Made by a program: the position numbers and the translations under genes. Under the pieces are notes generated by a model that had not been told where the DNA came from, did not search any database, and saw only the letters and a program-made list of their open reading frames with translations. A DNA stretch of 64,000 bases from Mobula hypostoma (taxonomy: Eukaryota), in NCBI RefSeq assembly GCF_963921235.1, contig NC_086097.1, forward strand, positions 250,482,001 to 250,546,000, written 5' to 3'. Below, piece by piece: positions 63,601 to 64,000 of the stretch (within the stretch, counting starts at the first letter, position 1; every line of letters starts with the position of its first letter).

Positions 63601-64000
63601 GGATGAACTAGGCTTATACCCGTTGGAATTTAGAAGATTGAGGGGGGATCTGATTGAAACCTATAAAATCCTAAAGGGATTGGACAGGCTAGATGCAGGA
63701 AGATTGTTCCCGATGTTGGGGAAGTCCAGAACGAGGGGTCACAGTTTGAGGATAGAGGGGAAGCCTTTTAGGACCGAGATTAGGAAAAACTTCTTCACAC
63801 AGAGAGTGGTGAATCTGTGGAATTCTCTGCCACAGGAAACAGTTGAGGCCAGTTCATTGGCTATATTTAAGAGGGAGTTAGATATGGCCCTTGTGGCTAA
63901 AGGGATCAGGGGGTATGGAGGGAAGGCTGGTACAGGGTTCTGAGTTGGATGATCAGCCATGATCATACTGAATGGTGGAGGGCCGAATGGCCTACTCCTG
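60683..64000 (+). pseudogene. Near full-length young CR1 LINE (ORF1 esterase C-terminus; ORF2 APE and RT), disrupted
   Basis: ISGLLPVPR..KDGLHL; VNARSI, GITETWL, YRPP, MGDFN, SDHN; YLDFQKAFD, KFADD; several frameshifts and stops. Confidence 0.95.

Overview
Eukaryotic, repeat-saturated genomic DNA. It is most likely from a cartilaginous fish (ray/shark), inferred from the combination of CR1/HER1-type LINEs, V-domain tRNA SINEs, Rex1/Babar fragments and Neptune-type Penelope elements. No host protein-coding gene could be supported. The long ORFs I could assign are decayed retroelement or transposase pieces, their antisense shadows, or read-throughs of tandem repeats. Contents: many CR1 LINEs (two near full-length), one near full-length RTE LINE whose protein resembles AviRTE, HERO and R4/Dong restriction-like-endonuclease LINE ends, two internally deleted Gypsy elements and four solo LTRs with exact TSDs. 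Also present are a Tigger/pogo element with TIRs and TA TSD, Harbinger and hAT remnants, many Penelope-like element (PLE) ends carrying minimal type I hammerhead ribozymes, and a 2-kb 34-bp minisatellite that expanded inside an RTE-derived element with an HDV-ribozyme-like head. The best leads are the AviRTE-like element (horizontal-transfer candidate), the ribozyme-bearing PLE and RTE-derived elements, and two young CR1 copies sharing one nonsense codon. I found no convincing wholly new system. Family names come from motif recognition, not database searches, and boundaries without a TSD or TIR are approximate.
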